Shown piece after piece: positions 28,439-39,088 of a stretch of 64,000 nucleotides of DNA. Under the pieces are notes generated by a model. That model made no database searches. It was given only the letters and a program-made list of their open reading frames with translations, and was not told where the DNA came from. Each line of letters begins with the position of its first letter. Positions within the stretch are counted from its first letter, which is position 1. The DNA lies in assembly GCA_963811645.1 (NCBI GenBank), contig CAWERU010000002.1:1358265-1422264 (forward strand), read 5' to 3'. Both the position numbers and the translations under genes were made by a program. This DNA comes from an uncultured Bacteroidota bacterium. GTDB taxonomy: Bacteria; Bacteroidota; Bacteroidia; Chitinophagales; Chitinophagaceae.

Positions 28439-30919
28439 TTAAAACGCTTTTTGTTTATTTAATGCGATCAAATTAGCCATCAGTCTGTATGCACCTTCTA
28501 CACCGGCCGGCAATTCACGAAAGAAAACCAGGCCAGTATACACAAATGTTCCTTTACCGTATTTGGCAATGATAAGGCTTCCATCATTATCCGCCTCACC
28601 GGCATCGTGCATGGCAAAGACAGTTTCAAAATTCTTATCATCGAAATTGGCAGCATGATAAATGCTGCGCTCCTGTATCCATCCTGTAAAATCATTTCCC
28701 GTGATCTTGTTCGGAAAGTTAAGTACAGGTTGGTCAGGATGCAGAAATTTTACATCTGCATTTTCATCGGTTACTCTTGTTCTTGAAATGTCGAAGTTGT
28801 AAGGACCAATCCTTGCTCTTACCGGGCCGATGTTACTGCTGGTGTTATACTGAACGATCAGGTTACCTCCGTCATACACATACTTCATCAGTTTATCATA
28901 ATAATTGTTCAGCCACACATCTGTATTGTATGCTCTTACTCCTGTAATGATAGCATCAAATTGGTTAATATTTTCCCTCGAGAGTTCTTTATCACCAAGT
29001 ATTGTGACATCATAGCCCATTTGATCAAGCGCCTCTGGCACTTTATCTCCCGCGCCTGTAATATAACCGATCTTTTTACCAACAATTCTCAGATCGAATT
29101 TTTTTACCGTCAATAAAGCCTTTTTGAAATAAGTGATGTAAGGAATGTGGTTATAGGAAATTGACCTTTCGATAAGACCCGCATGAGCAGAATCAGGAGC
29201 GATATTTACTTTGTAAATCCTTGGATCCAATTCTTTGTCAGGAATTGATTCAGTGTATATCTGTTTTTTATTCAATGAGACTCCGCCGATCGTCAGCGAT
29301 AAGGTATCAGGTTTAGAGTTAAGTGAATGAAAGCTAAGCGGAGCATCCGGAATATCTACTGATTTATTAGCCGTGAAAGAAACTTCTACGCCTTCCTGTT
29401 TATCATTTTTTATATACAGAGGATTGAATTGTTCGAATGTAATAGGGGGAATTACAACAAAAGGCTCATACACTTCTCCTTTCACAGGGTCAGTGAATTT
29501 ATATTTTACATGTACTGCAAAATTAAAATCCTCCCCTTCAATATTTATAGTAAAATGAGTTATGTAAGCAGGATCTACATCTGGCTGTCCTATCTTTTGC
29601 TGATCTTTTACATTATAATACCCCTCTTCCATTTTATTTTCCAGCCAATATGGTTGCGTGATAGGTTTTGAAGGAGGAACAAAAAATTCTTTTCCCATGA
29701 ATACGTTTATATTCTTCGAAAGGGGCAGATTAAAAGCTGAATCCATCGCATCAACCGAAATATCTTTTAAAACAGCATTTACTCCAAGACGATTGTTCAG
29801 TGAAAAATTTATTTTCGTTGAATCGGTTTGTACGGCAAATTGGTCCGAAGAAGTTGCATCCATAAACAAACCGCTGCACAGTTCGACGAGTTGCTGAACT
29901 TCTTTTAATTTTGGGAATTTCCAGTAGCCGTCAGGTAAAGCGTTTATCGCTTTGTATAATCTTACCAGGCCCTTCACCGAATTTTCCGGATGAAGCAGAT
30001 CAAATGATGATACAAGGCTGTCCACAACTTTTGAAATTGTTTCTCCGCCTTTCACTCGTTTCCATGTCAACTCAACTCCGTCCATGATATCATCTTCAGG
30101 AGCCGGGCCGCCGGTCGTTTTAAAATATTCCATCGCCGTTCCTCTTGACGCCGGAACTCCAAAACCCTGGCTTTTATGCTGGCTGCGACTTTCGGCTGCA
30201 ATTTCACCATAACTTTTTCCCAGCAAAGGATTGTAACCACCCACATCAAACTTGAACTGATCATTATTAATAGTATTCACACTTCCAAAATTGAAAGTGT
30301 TCCAGAGTATCCTTTTTGCCTGCCATGGTTTTACATATTTCAATTGTTCGGGAAAACGATTGGGATCTGCCGCAGCAGCAAATGCTTCATTAGCCAAAAT
30401 TGCAGATGCGGTATGATGTCCGTGGCCGCCTTCGCCGGTTGTTGGAAAGCGTGTGATGATTATATCGGGTTGAAATTTTCTGATCACCCAAACCACATCA
30501 CTCAAAATTTTTTCTTTATCCCATTTTGTAAAAGTTTCCTGCGGACTTTTTGAATAACCAAAATCAAAAGCTCTCGAAAAAAATTGCTCAGCGCCGTCAA
30601 TTCTTCTTGCCGATAATAGCTCCTGTGTTCTTATCAGCCCTAACTCAATGCCTTGTTCATCGCCGATAAGATTTTGCCCGCCATCACCTCTTGTAAGTGC
30701 CAAATAACCGGTTCTGTACATTCTGCCTTTTGAAAAATAAGCAAGAAGTCTTGTGTTCTCATCATCAGGATGAGCAGCTACATATAAAACAGATCCCAAT
30801 ACATTCAGCTTGCGAAGAGCCAAATACATGTCAGCTGATGTCCATGTGACCGGAGCCTGTGAAAATGAATATTGAATAAAAAATAGTGAACAAACAAAAA
30901 GAATGAGTTTTCGTATCAT
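28439..30919 (-). CDS. PIG-L/LmbE-family N-acetylglucosaminyl deacetylase fused to a C-terminal ThuA/class-I-glutamine-amidotransferase-like domain
   Basis: 826 aa. Signal peptide, then the LmbE motif AHPDDE...GDGGQN...ELGLIRTQEL. The C-terminal ~230 aa (KIGYITGAGDKVPEALDQMGYDVTILG...) resembles a ThuA-like fold. Confidence 0.75.
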   Translation of the reverse strand: MIRKLILFVCSLFFIQYSFSQAPVTWTSADMYLALRKLNVLGSVLYVAAHPDDENTRLLAYFSKGRMYRTGYLALTRGDGGQNLIGDEQGIELGLIRTQELLSARRIDGAEQFFSRAFDFGYSKSPQETFTKWDKEKILSDVVWVIRKFQPDIIITRFPTTGEGGHGHHTASAILANEAFAAAADPNRFPEQLKYVKPWQAKRILWNTFNFGSVNTINNDQFKFDVGGYNPLLGKSYGEIAAESRSQHKSQGFGVPASRGTAMEYFKTTGGPAPEDDIMDGVELTWKRVKGGETISKVVDSLVSSFDLLHPENSVKGLVRLYKAINALPDGYWKFPKLKEVQQLVELCSGLFMDATSSDQFAVQTDSTKINFSLNNRLGVNAVLKDISVDAMDSAFNLPLSKNINVFMGKEFFVPPSKPITQPYWLENKMEEGYYNVKDQQKIGQPDVDPAYITHFTINIEGEDFNFAVHVKYKFTDPVKGEVYEPFVVIPPITFEQFNPLYIKNDKQEGVEVSFTANKSVDIPDAPLSFHSLNSKPDTLSLTIGGVSLNKKQIYTESIPDKELDPRIYKVNIAPDSAHAGLIERSISYNHIPYITYFKKALLTVKKFDLRIVGKKIGYITGAGDKVPEALDQMGYDVTILGDKELSRENINQFDAIITGVRAYNTDVWLNNYYDKLMKYVYDGGNLIVQYNTSSNIGPVRARIGPYNFDISRTRVTDENADVKFLHPDQPVLNFPNKITGNDFTGWIQERSIYHAANFDDKNFETVFAMHDAGEADNDGSLIIAKYGKGTFVYTGLVFFRELPAGVEGAYRLMANLIALNKQKAF

Positions 30920-31030
30920 TACAGGGATTTATTCAGCGAATATAATAGCTATTTGGGAAGTAGATAAAACCGCTTACGTAAATCAGCTCACGTTTAAACA
31001 CGGGCTGTTCAAAATATTAACAATCTCGGA

Positions 31031-32971
31031 TTACACCTCCTTTGTATGATCATTGATTTCATTACCGTTCCTGTTCACTTTTTTTCCAAGCTGTTGTAAT
31101 ATCTGCAGGCCTAAAAGACCGTTGATCGCTCCAATACTACCTCCATCTCCATTTCCGCTGATCAATACATCGGGCATGATCTTTACATTTTGACTTGCGA
31201 TGGACTCCATCACTTTCAATTGTGTAAAATTTTCTCCACCCATTGCTTCTACAGAAAGTTTATACGCCTCCGCATTTGATTTGCCAACAGCAAGAATTTT
31301 TTCTGCTTCCGCATTACCGGTAAGAGATATTCTTTCAGCATCAGCTTTTGCCAGCAATTCTATTTTTTCAGAATCGGCTTTAGCCAAAAGTCTTGTTTTC
31401 TCTGCTTCACCACTTGCCAATAATTTCACACGGTCTGCATCAGCATTCGCCTGCAGGCGAACACTGTTGGCATCACCTGTCGCTTTCTTTACCGAAGCAT
31501 CGGCAATGCGTTCAGCGATCAACACACCCTGGTCTGCTTTTACAATTTCTTTTTGTATCTCAGCAATGGCAGTTTCTTTCTCCAATGTTTGCCTTGTTTC
31601 CTGCGCTTTCTTCTGCGTTTCATAAGTGATCTTTTGCTCTTCTGCCAGTTTGCGGTCAGTCAGCGTTTTCATCAAACTTTCCGGTGGCACGATATCACCG
31701 ATCAACGTATCTACTCCATATACATTATACTGATCCAGCACTCTGCCGATATGATCTTTTGCTGATTGCTGTCTTTCCTTTCTTGAGCCAAGAAAAGCGA
31801 TCACATCACTATCCTGTGCCGAGTTACGGAAATAGTTACCAATGGTTGGTTCTAAAACCTGGCTCACCAGGTTGGTCATATTTCCAAACCTAGCAATTAC
31901 TTTAGGCGCTTCGGTAGTTGGAATATGAATGATTTGCGATACATCCAAATTGAAAGGGAAACCATCTTTACTGCGCACCGTAATGGTTGAAAGATTTTTA
32001 TCCAACTGGTGTGCTTCACTTCTGGCCGAAGCCCAGTTCAACACAAGGTTGGTAGTTGGAACTAATTCCACTTTCATGATGTAGGGGTTGATGGGATATT
32101 TTCCCGGACCCAACGGTTCTGCCCAAACACCTTTGAAACCTTTGGCCACAATGTTGCCATGTTTGAATTCAATTCCACTCAGATCTTTCCCTTCTTCACC
32201 TACATAAGAAATGACGACACCTACATAGCCAATCGGGATTTCCGTCATCTTCACCAATTCAAGTTTAGCAAACCATGGATTAATGAAACAAGAACCTGCA
32301 AGAATTACCTGTTCCTGCAATCCTTTATAACCGCCTTTGTCTAGAAAGGCATCAACATCCTGGAATTTATTATGGCTTTGAATAATTTTTCCGGCAATTT
32401 GTCCTTCTTCCAAAGGCTTACCTTCAAGTGTGGTAACGATGGCTACTGCATTATCAGGAATGCTTGTCATTTCAGTGATCTCCACATCAAACAAAAATGT
32501 ATTGATGCGATAAGAACCCGGCGTCATGATCGCTGTCTGGCGACCTTTTCTTCCACCATTTTTCAAAAATGCTTCAGCATCCTGGTATGAATCACATTCC
32601 ACCTTACGGCCAAGAACTGAACCTGTTTCCAATTCAGCTCCATCCTTTGCGAGCACAAGTCCGATTTTGCCTGTAGGGATAACAATAAACGGTTGAAATC
32701 TGATCTGGTATTGCCAGATCCATTTACCGAAATAAACACCCGGTGCCAATGTTTGTGCCTGGAGACCCGCTTCGCCATTGGTAGCGATGATGTGACCTTC
32801 CGGAAGTTGTTGGTTTCCCAGCAACACAAATTTTTTGGTAACTAATCCAATCTTGTCTTCCGGAACAATGACCAGTCCGAAGAAAAACCGAAGAATGAAT
32901 TTGTATAAAAATAAGACGATGATAGGAAGACCGAAGATCAGTCCCCAACGAATGATTTCAGAGTTTGTCAC
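31031..32971 (-). CDS. flotillin-family (SPFH/band-7, YqiK-like) membrane protein
   Basis: 646 aa. N-terminal TM, SPFH domain, then a C-terminal repetitive Ala/Glu/Lys-rich flotillin region (LLAKADSEKIELLAKADAERISLTGNAEAEKILA). Confidence 0.8.
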   Translation of the reverse strand: MTNSEIIRWGLIFGLPIIVLFLYKFILRFFFGLVIVPEDKIGLVTKKFVLLGNQQLPEGHIIATNGEAGLQAQTLAPGVYFGKWIWQYQIRFQPFIVIPTGKIGLVLAKDGAELETGSVLGRKVECDSYQDAEAFLKNGGRKGRQTAIMTPGSYRINTFLFDVEITEMTSIPDNAVAIVTTLEGKPLEEGQIAGKIIQSHNKFQDVDAFLDKGGYKGLQEQVILAGSCFINPWFAKLELVKMTEIPIGYVGVVISYVGEEGKDLSGIEFKHGNIVAKGFKGVWAEPLGPGKYPINPYIMKVELVPTTNLVLNWASARSEAHQLDKNLSTITVRSKDGFPFNLDVSQIIHIPTTEAPKVIARFGNMTNLVSQVLEPTIGNYFRNSAQDSDVIAFLGSRKERQQSAKDHIGRVLDQYNVYGVDTLIGDIVPPESLMKTLTDRKLAEEQKITYETQKKAQETRQTLEKETAIAEIQKEIVKADQGVLIAERIADASVKKATGDANSVRLQANADADRVKLLASGEAEKTRLLAKADSEKIELLAKADAERISLTGNAEAEKILAVGKSNAEAYKLSVEAMGGENFTQLKVMESIASQNVKIMPDVLISGNGDGGSIGAINGLLGLQILQQLGKKVNRNGNEINDHTKEV

Positions 32972-33341
32972 GGTGACTTAAAAAATTATAGTTTAAATAA
33001 TGTTGTTTTGAAATTTTGTAATAGAATAACCGGTCACTCCTGCGGGGCAAGCAACATATAGCTATACCACACCAGGATTTGGTTACAGGTTGGCGATAAA
33101 CAAAAATGTTTAGCGGATATTATTTAGAGTAAACCGGGAGGAGAAGTATTGTAGATCGTGAATTTGATCTCAGAAAGAATTGGTATAAAACGATCGGATT
33201 CCATACTGGAAATATTAATGATGTAAAATTACATACAAGTTGGAATCAAAGTATAAAGTCAAACGGGATTTGATTGCAATCAATATCGGAATCGAAAAAC
33301 CGAAATAAAATTGGGGATGATCTTTTTTTAATTATATTTCT

Positions 33342-35852
33342 TCATTGCCCTACTAAAAAAACCGCATTACAAAACATCAGTTTTCCATTCTGCCAGAAGT
33401 CACGGAACAAAACATTGTCGGCAAAATAAGTGATAGTGCCTCTTCCTACATCCTGTACACCAAACAGCAATCCGTCTTTTAATCTTGGTTTCAGTTTATA
33501 CCCTACAAACCCTTCCACAGGATCATCCTTTCTTACAATACCAACATTCCAACCCTCTTTCATGAATTCATAAATATTCTCATCCAGTTTTAATGAATAA
33601 TAATAATTAGGATAACCAAAAGCGAGAGGGTGTGTATTATCGAGTTCTACTTTATAAATAGAGCCAGCGGTAATATCAGCTACTGGCTCACGTTCACGAT
33701 CTTCATACTTGTGCAGATCGGCATAAGTTGAATCTTTTTTATTTTCATCATCATCCGTTTTTTTCATTTTGATAGTCCAATCCAATTTTGATAACTGCGC
33801 TACTGCATTTTCCAACGCAATCACTTTTCCTCCTTTGCTTATCCAGTTATGAAATTCTTCAGCACTGTTCTTATCAGCTAAAAAAGAATAATTGCCATCG
33901 GGCATGATTAATACATCAAACTCATTCCAATCAGCCCTGGACAAATTATTCAGATTAATAAGTGTAATGGGATAGTTCAATTCCTGTTCAAACAAGTACC
34001 ACACTTCACCGGCTGCATTTGAACTAACTCCCTGACCTGTGACAAGAGCAACTTTTGGAGGTTTAATAAAATGAATTTTGGAACTTCCAAAGTCATATCC
34101 TTTGTCTACGAAACCAGTAGCAAGAGGATAAAGTGGTGTGTTGTTCTTATTGCAAACTTTTTTCACAAGGTCCCATGCATTGGAATTATTTCCTGTTTTT
34201 AAAATTAGTATTGTGCCACGATCAAACTTATTTCCGCTTAATTCAAAAGGTTCTTCAGTGTAGCGCAGTTTAATTCCTTCTTTTAACAATTGAGCAAGTG
34301 TTTTTGCAGTTTCCAATCCTTCCCATCTCAATGCATAACCATAATTACTTGATGCATCGTTTGCCTTTTCTTCTGTCATTGTAAATGCTCCTGCCGAAGC
34401 AAGATTTTGTTTGGTAGCATAAGTTTCCAATCCATATACATAAGGCAATGACCATGCAGTGATGTCATAAGTAATGGAATCCACCAGTTTGCCATTCGGT
34501 TCAAACAAAACTTTTACCATCGAGGATTTGGGCTGAAGGCTGCTGATAAGAATGTCGTTTGCATCAATTGAAAAATTTTCATTTTTGCGACTGTTATAGT
34601 TATACCCGTTTGCATTTCCGGGTTTGGCAACGGTATAATGAATTTTATTTTTATCAAGCAAATTCAAAAGCGATTTAATTCTTTCTTCATCGCCGGGATT
34701 ATTTTTTATGATATAAGATTTGTAATCTCCCACACCGGTTGATACAGCATCATTATAAAATTTGTGAAATTCTTTAATAAGCTTTTCTGCATTCTGTGAC
34801 GATATTTCAATTGTACTTAATGAAGTAGTATAATGATGCAAGGCACGATCAACCAATGTAAGTGTATCTTCATCTTCTTTTGTCACGCCAAGTCCGCTAA
34901 ATCCGTTACCGGCTTGTTCGTAGGTCATTCCAATGGCTCCATTGTAGATAGGATATGTATCGCCGTAGGATGGATAGAAAAGATCAAACTCTTCTTTTGT
35001 AAAATAGAGCCAACCTTTTTCATCGAAATATTTTGCATGATTTTTCCCGATGGTGATTTGAAATTCTCTTTGCCATGGTGTAATAACCTCATGATAAGGC
35101 TGTGCCGCAGGTGCAAAATAATAAGGGCTATTAATTCCCTGTTCGTGATAATCTACATGTACCTGCGGTAACCATTCATTGTATAATTTCAATCGTTCCT
35201 GTGACTCGAGTTGAGTTTGCCAGGCCCAGTCACGATTAAGATCAAAATTGTAATGATTGGTTCTGCCACCAGGCCATGGTTCATAATGTTCCCTTGCATT
35301 ATGTGAAGGATTATAATCTTTGCCAACCATTGTATTGTACCAATTAACATACCTGTCTCTTCCGTCAGGGTTAATGCACGGATCGATAACCACTACTATA
35401 TTTTTTAACCATTCTTTTGTTTTTGTATTGGAAGGATCAACAAGTGCATACAATACTAACATAGATGCTTCGGTAGAAGAGGCTTCATTACCATGGACAT
35501 TATAACTGAGCCATACGATAACAGGAGTATTTTCGGTGGCCGCCATTTTATCAAGACTTAAGTTTGCCAGTCTTAAATTATTCCGGCGAATGTTGTCAAG
35601 ATTTTGCATGTTCTCCGGCGTAGATATAAAGGCAACCATCAATGGTCTTCCTTCGTTAGTTTCCCCATATTGCTGCAGCTTTACCATGGAAGTGGCATTA
35701 GCTGCTATATACTGAAAATAACTGACCACCTTCCAATGAGAAGTAAAATGCGTTCCCACCTTATAATCTAAAAATTCTTCGGGTGATTTTATTTGCGCTT
35801 TGATAGAAATAAATAATGAAACAAACAGTAAGGAAATGAAAACTCTTCTCAT
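33342..35852 (-). CDS. M14-family zinc carboxypeptidase, secreted, large multidomain
   Basis: 836 aa. Signal peptide and the Zn-binding region WLSYNVHGNEASSTEA (HxxE motif) typical of peptidase M14. Confidence 0.8.
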   Translation of the reverse strand: MRRVFISLLFVSLFISIKAQIKSPEEFLDYKVGTHFTSHWKVVSYFQYIAANATSMVKLQQYGETNEGRPLMVAFISTPENMQNLDNIRRNNLRLANLSLDKMAATENTPVIVWLSYNVHGNEASSTEASMLVLYALVDPSNTKTKEWLKNIVVVIDPCINPDGRDRYVNWYNTMVGKDYNPSHNAREHYEPWPGGRTNHYNFDLNRDWAWQTQLESQERLKLYNEWLPQVHVDYHEQGINSPYYFAPAAQPYHEVITPWQREFQITIGKNHAKYFDEKGWLYFTKEEFDLFYPSYGDTYPIYNGAIGMTYEQAGNGFSGLGVTKEDEDTLTLVDRALHHYTTSLSTIEISSQNAEKLIKEFHKFYNDAVSTGVGDYKSYIIKNNPGDEERIKSLLNLLDKNKIHYTVAKPGNANGYNYNSRKNENFSIDANDILISSLQPKSSMVKVLFEPNGKLVDSITYDITAWSLPYVYGLETYATKQNLASAGAFTMTEEKANDASSNYGYALRWEGLETAKTLAQLLKEGIKLRYTEEPFELSGNKFDRGTILILKTGNNSNAWDLVKKVCNKNNTPLYPLATGFVDKGYDFGSSKIHFIKPPKVALVTGQGVSSNAAGEVWYLFEQELNYPITLINLNNLSRADWNEFDVLIMPDGNYSFLADKNSAEEFHNWISKGGKVIALENAVAQLSKLDWTIKMKKTDDDENKKDSTYADLHKYEDREREPVADITAGSIYKVELDNTHPLAFGYPNYYYSLKLDENIYEFMKEGWNVGIVRKDDPVEGFVGYKLKPRLKDGLLFGVQDVGRGTITYFADNVLFRDFWQNGKLMFCNAVFLVGQ

Positions 35853-35958
35853 GTTAATTCAGGTTTATAGAGCAATTTAGGAAAGACAACTGATTTATAT
35901 ACATTCATGTTTATAAAGTTTTTCAGGTTTGATTTAAACCAGCTTAGTAATTTTAAAT

Positions 35959-37680
35959 ATGAAAAAAATATTTCTTGGCATTTTATGGGCTGGTATTTTC
36001 CTGGTTGCTTGTCATTCTTCAAAAAAATTATCCCTTGAATCTCTCAACATTCATCCTTATCAATATACAATTCAGAAAAGAATTATTTGTGAAAATGGCT
36101 CAGTGGTATCTGCTCATCCTCTTGCCAGTAAAGTGGGAGTTGAAATTTTAAGAGAGGGAGGAAACGCTATTGATGCAGCAATCGCTACTCAACTGACATT
36201 GGCCGTTGTTTATCCTGGTGCGGGCAATATTGGTGGCGGGGGATTTATGGTGGCAAGATTGAGTAACGGAAAATTGTTGGCGCTTGACTATCGTGAAATG
36301 GCTCCAATGCATGCAAGTCGTGATATGTATCTTGATAAAGATGGAAATGTGGTGTCGGGCAAAAGTATTAACGGACATTTTTCGACCGGCGTACCAGGAA
36401 CTGTTGCTGGTCTGTTTGGTTCAGCTCAATATGGAAAACTCCCTTTTAAAAAATTAATACAACCTGCCATTGACCTGGCTGAAAAAGGTTTTGTATTGAC
36501 CGAAAGCGAAGCAGCATCGCTTAACAGTATTCAGACTGATCTGAAAAAATTCAATACAGTTATGCCTGTTTTTATGAAATATAAATGGAAGGCGGGAGAT
36601 ACATTAGTTCAAACCGACTTGGCAAATACTTTAAAAAGAATTCGGGATAAAGGAGAAAAAGGATTTTATGAGGGAGAAACAGCAAAATTGATAGTGGATG
36701 AAATGAAAAGGGGAGGAGGTATCATTACACTGGATGACCTGAAAAATTACAAGGCGAAATTCAGAGAACCTCATGTTTTCAATTATAAAGGATATGAAAT
36801 TGTAGGAATGCCCATGCCGAGCAGCGGAGGTATTTTAATTCACCAGATGATGAAGATGATCGAAGATAAAAATATTGCTGCAATGGGTTTTGAAACTCCT
36901 GCTTCTGTGCAACTGATGACAGAAGTGGAACGAAGAGCTTTCGCAGACAGAGCTGAATACATGGGTGATAAAGATTTTTATAAAGTACCTGAGAAAACTT
37001 TGGTCAGTGATGAATACTTGAAGCAGAGAATGGAGGATTACCAACCTGGTATAGCAGGGAATAGTAAACAAGTACAACCCGGTGAAATGCCAGCAAAGGA
37101 AAGTGAAGAAACTACACATCTTGACGTCATGGATAAAGATGGGAACGCTGTAGCGATAACAACGACACTTAATAATTCTTATGGCAGTAAAACAATAGTT
37201 GGCGGGGCAGGTTTTTTTTTGAATGATGAAATGGATGATTTCAGTGCGAAGCCGGACGTACCTAATTTATATGGAGCAGTGGGAGGAAAGGCTAATGCCA
37301 TTGCGCCAGGAAAAAGAATGCTAAGCTCAATGTCTCCCACCATCGTATTGAAAGATAACAAACCTTACATCGTAGTAGGAACACCTGGCGGAACAACTAT
37401 TCCAACTTCTGTTTTTCAAACCATTGTGAACATATTGGAATTTAATATGAGTGCTGTAGATGCAGTGTATAAACCAAAGTTTCATCATCAATGGTTACCA
37501 GATATTTTGAACGTTGAAAAGGGATTTGATGAAAACGTCAGGGATTCCTTGCAAAAGATGGGATATAAGATAGCACAACGCGGTGGGATTGGTAGAACGG
37601 AAGTGATCAAAGTATTGCCAGATGGAAAACTTGAATCTGTTGCAGATAACAGGGGAGAAGATGATGCTGAAGGTTATTAA
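35959..37680 (+). CDS. ggt: gamma-glutamyltransferase
   Basis: 573 aa. Lipoprotein-like signal (FLVACHSS), conserved GGT core including the autoprocessing threonine region (AKESEETTHLDVMDKDGNAVAITTTLNNSYGS) and the small-subunit motifs. Confidence 0.9.
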   Translation: MKKIFLGILWAGIFLVACHSSKKLSLESLNIHPYQYTIQKRIICENGSVVSAHPLASKVGVEILREGGNAIDAAIATQLTLAVVYPGAGNIGGGGFMVARLSNGKLLALDYREMAPMHASRDMYLDKDGNVVSGKSINGHFSTGVPGTVAGLFGSAQYGKLPFKKLIQPAIDLAEKGFVLTESEAASLNSIQTDLKKFNTVMPVFMKYKWKAGDTLVQTDLANTLKRIRDKGEKGFYEGETAKLIVDEMKRGGGIITLDDLKNYKAKFREPHVFNYKGYEIVGMPMPSSGGILIHQMMKMIEDKNIAAMGFETPASVQLMTEVERRAFADRAEYMGDKDFYKVPEKTLVSDEYLKQRMEDYQPGIAGNSKQVQPGEMPAKESEETTHLDVMDKDGNAVAITTTLNNSYGSKTIVGGAGFFLNDEMDDFSAKPDVPNLYGAVGGKANAIAPGKRMLSSMSPTIVLKDNKPYIVVGTPGGTTIPTSVFQTIVNILEFNMSAVDAVYKPKFHHQWLPDILNVEKGFDENVRDSLQKMGYKIAQRGGIGRTEVIKVLPDGKLESVADNRGEDDAEGY

Positions 37681-37707
37681 ATAATTAACGATTAAAAATA
37701 CATTGTT

Positions 37708-38259
37708 ATGGATATCGGGGAAGAATATTTAAATACAGTAACCAGGAGATTGAAATATTACAAAGAGTTAGGGGAGAAAACTTTTTCGCAATTGGAAGAA
37801 AAAGACTTCCACTGGCAGCCTTCATCAGAGTCGAACAGCATTGCGGTGATTATTCAGCATATAGCAGGTAATATGATCAGTCGCTGGACAAATTTTTTGA
37901 CGGAAGATGGTGAAAAAGATTGGCGCAATCGTGATGACGAATTTGAAGTACACACATATTCAAAGCAACAGCTTATTGAAATATGGGACAATGGATGGAG
38001 ATGTTTTCTTGATGCTCTTGAATCTTTAACTGCAGATGATCTTTTAAAAACCATTTATATCCGTAAAGAATCATTGACAGCAATCGATGCCATCAATCGC
38101 CAGTTAGCGCATTACCCATACCATATCGGGCAGATAGTTTATATTGGCCGCATGATCAGAAATGAAAACTGGCAAAATTTGTCTATACCGAAAGGTACTT
38201 CGCAGCAATATAGCCGGGGAGACCAGGTGAAAGACCCTGCAAAGAATTTTTCAAAATAA
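37708..38259 (+). CDS. DinB/YfiT-like (DUF1572) four-helix-bundle protein
   Basis: 183 aa. Conserved His pattern (IIQHIAGNM...QLAHYPYHIGQIVYIGR) of the DinB_2/DUF1572 family. Confidence 0.6.
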   Translation: MDIGEEYLNTVTRRLKYYKELGEKTFSQLEEKDFHWQPSSESNSIAVIIQHIAGNMISRWTNFLTEDGEKDWRNRDDEFEVHTYSKQQLIEIWDNGWRCFLDALESLTADDLLKTIYIRKESLTAIDAINRQLAHYPYHIGQIVYIGRMIRNENWQNLSIPKGTSQQYSRGDQVKDPAKNFSK

Positions 38260-38419
38260 AGATATAGTTCTTCAATTTGATTAACCGGGATTTATTTATA
38301 TTTTTACCGCCTTTAAAACTCTGAAGTTTCCGTTAGTAATTTTCCTATGCAATAGCTATCCTTCCTTAAGCCTGTGAAGAAAAAAAATTAGCATTTCAAT
38401 CTAACGACCAACATACATC

Positions 38420-39088
38420 ATGAAAGGAATTATTATTTTTTCCGTAACCCTTTGTGTGCTAACCAGCCATGCCCAGGTAAGATTTGAAATTTTTGCCGGG
38501 CCTCATGTGTCTACGGCTGAATATTCAGTGAAAGGTACCCAGCAATCGACTGATTATAAATTTGGATTTCATATTGGGGCTGGCTACAAAATTCCATTCG
38601 AAAATAAATTATCTTTCGATCCCGCTATTTCATACAAAATGATGGGATACAAAGTTGTTTTTAATACTCCATCTTTTCCTCCGGATCTTCTCGCAAAAGA
38701 TAATAATACCAGTTTCCACGAAATAGTTCTGGACGTTCTGTTGCAATATGATTTTTCTAATAAACCAGGTCATTTTTTTATCAAAGCAGGACCTGCTTTT
38801 AGTTTTATTCTTACGGGCAAAGAAAAATTTAACCTGCAAACAGGAGGACAGGTTGACCGGAATATGAAGTTTAGTGTTATAAATAGTTATGGACGGTATG
38901 ATGCAGCAGCAGTTGTTCAGTTTGGTTATGAAACTTCGGGAGGCTTTATCGTCTATGCCGATTATGACCAGTATTTATTTAGTATGGACAATGAGGATCA
39001 GGGACCAACGATTCGTAATCATTTAATAGGCATCAGTTTTGGCAAGTTGTTGAGATCAAAAAAAATAGAACCATCTGAAAACAATTAA
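38420..39088 (+). CDS. outer-membrane beta-barrel protein (porin-like, OMP_b-brl family)
   Basis: 222 aa. Signal peptide, alternating hydrophobic beta-strand pattern, and a C-terminal aromatic-rich strand. Confidence 0.55.
   Translation: MKGIIIFSVTLCVLTSHAQVRFEIFAGPHVSTAEYSVKGTQQSTDYKFGFHIGAGYKIPFENKLSFDPAISYKMMGYKVVFNTPSFPPDLLAKDNNTSFHEIVLDVLLQYDFSNKPGHFFIKAGPAFSFILTGKEKFNLQTGGQVDRNMKFSVINSYGRYDAAAVVQFGYETSGGFIVYADYDQYLFSMDNEDQGPTIRNHLIGISFGKLLRSKKIEPSENN

Noticed and set aside
35959-37680. Functional link between gamma-glutamyltransferase and the ATP-grasp/GCS2 operon as one locus
   Set aside because: They are 27 kb apart with many unrelated genes between them. I mention the link only as a thematic possibility, not as a system.
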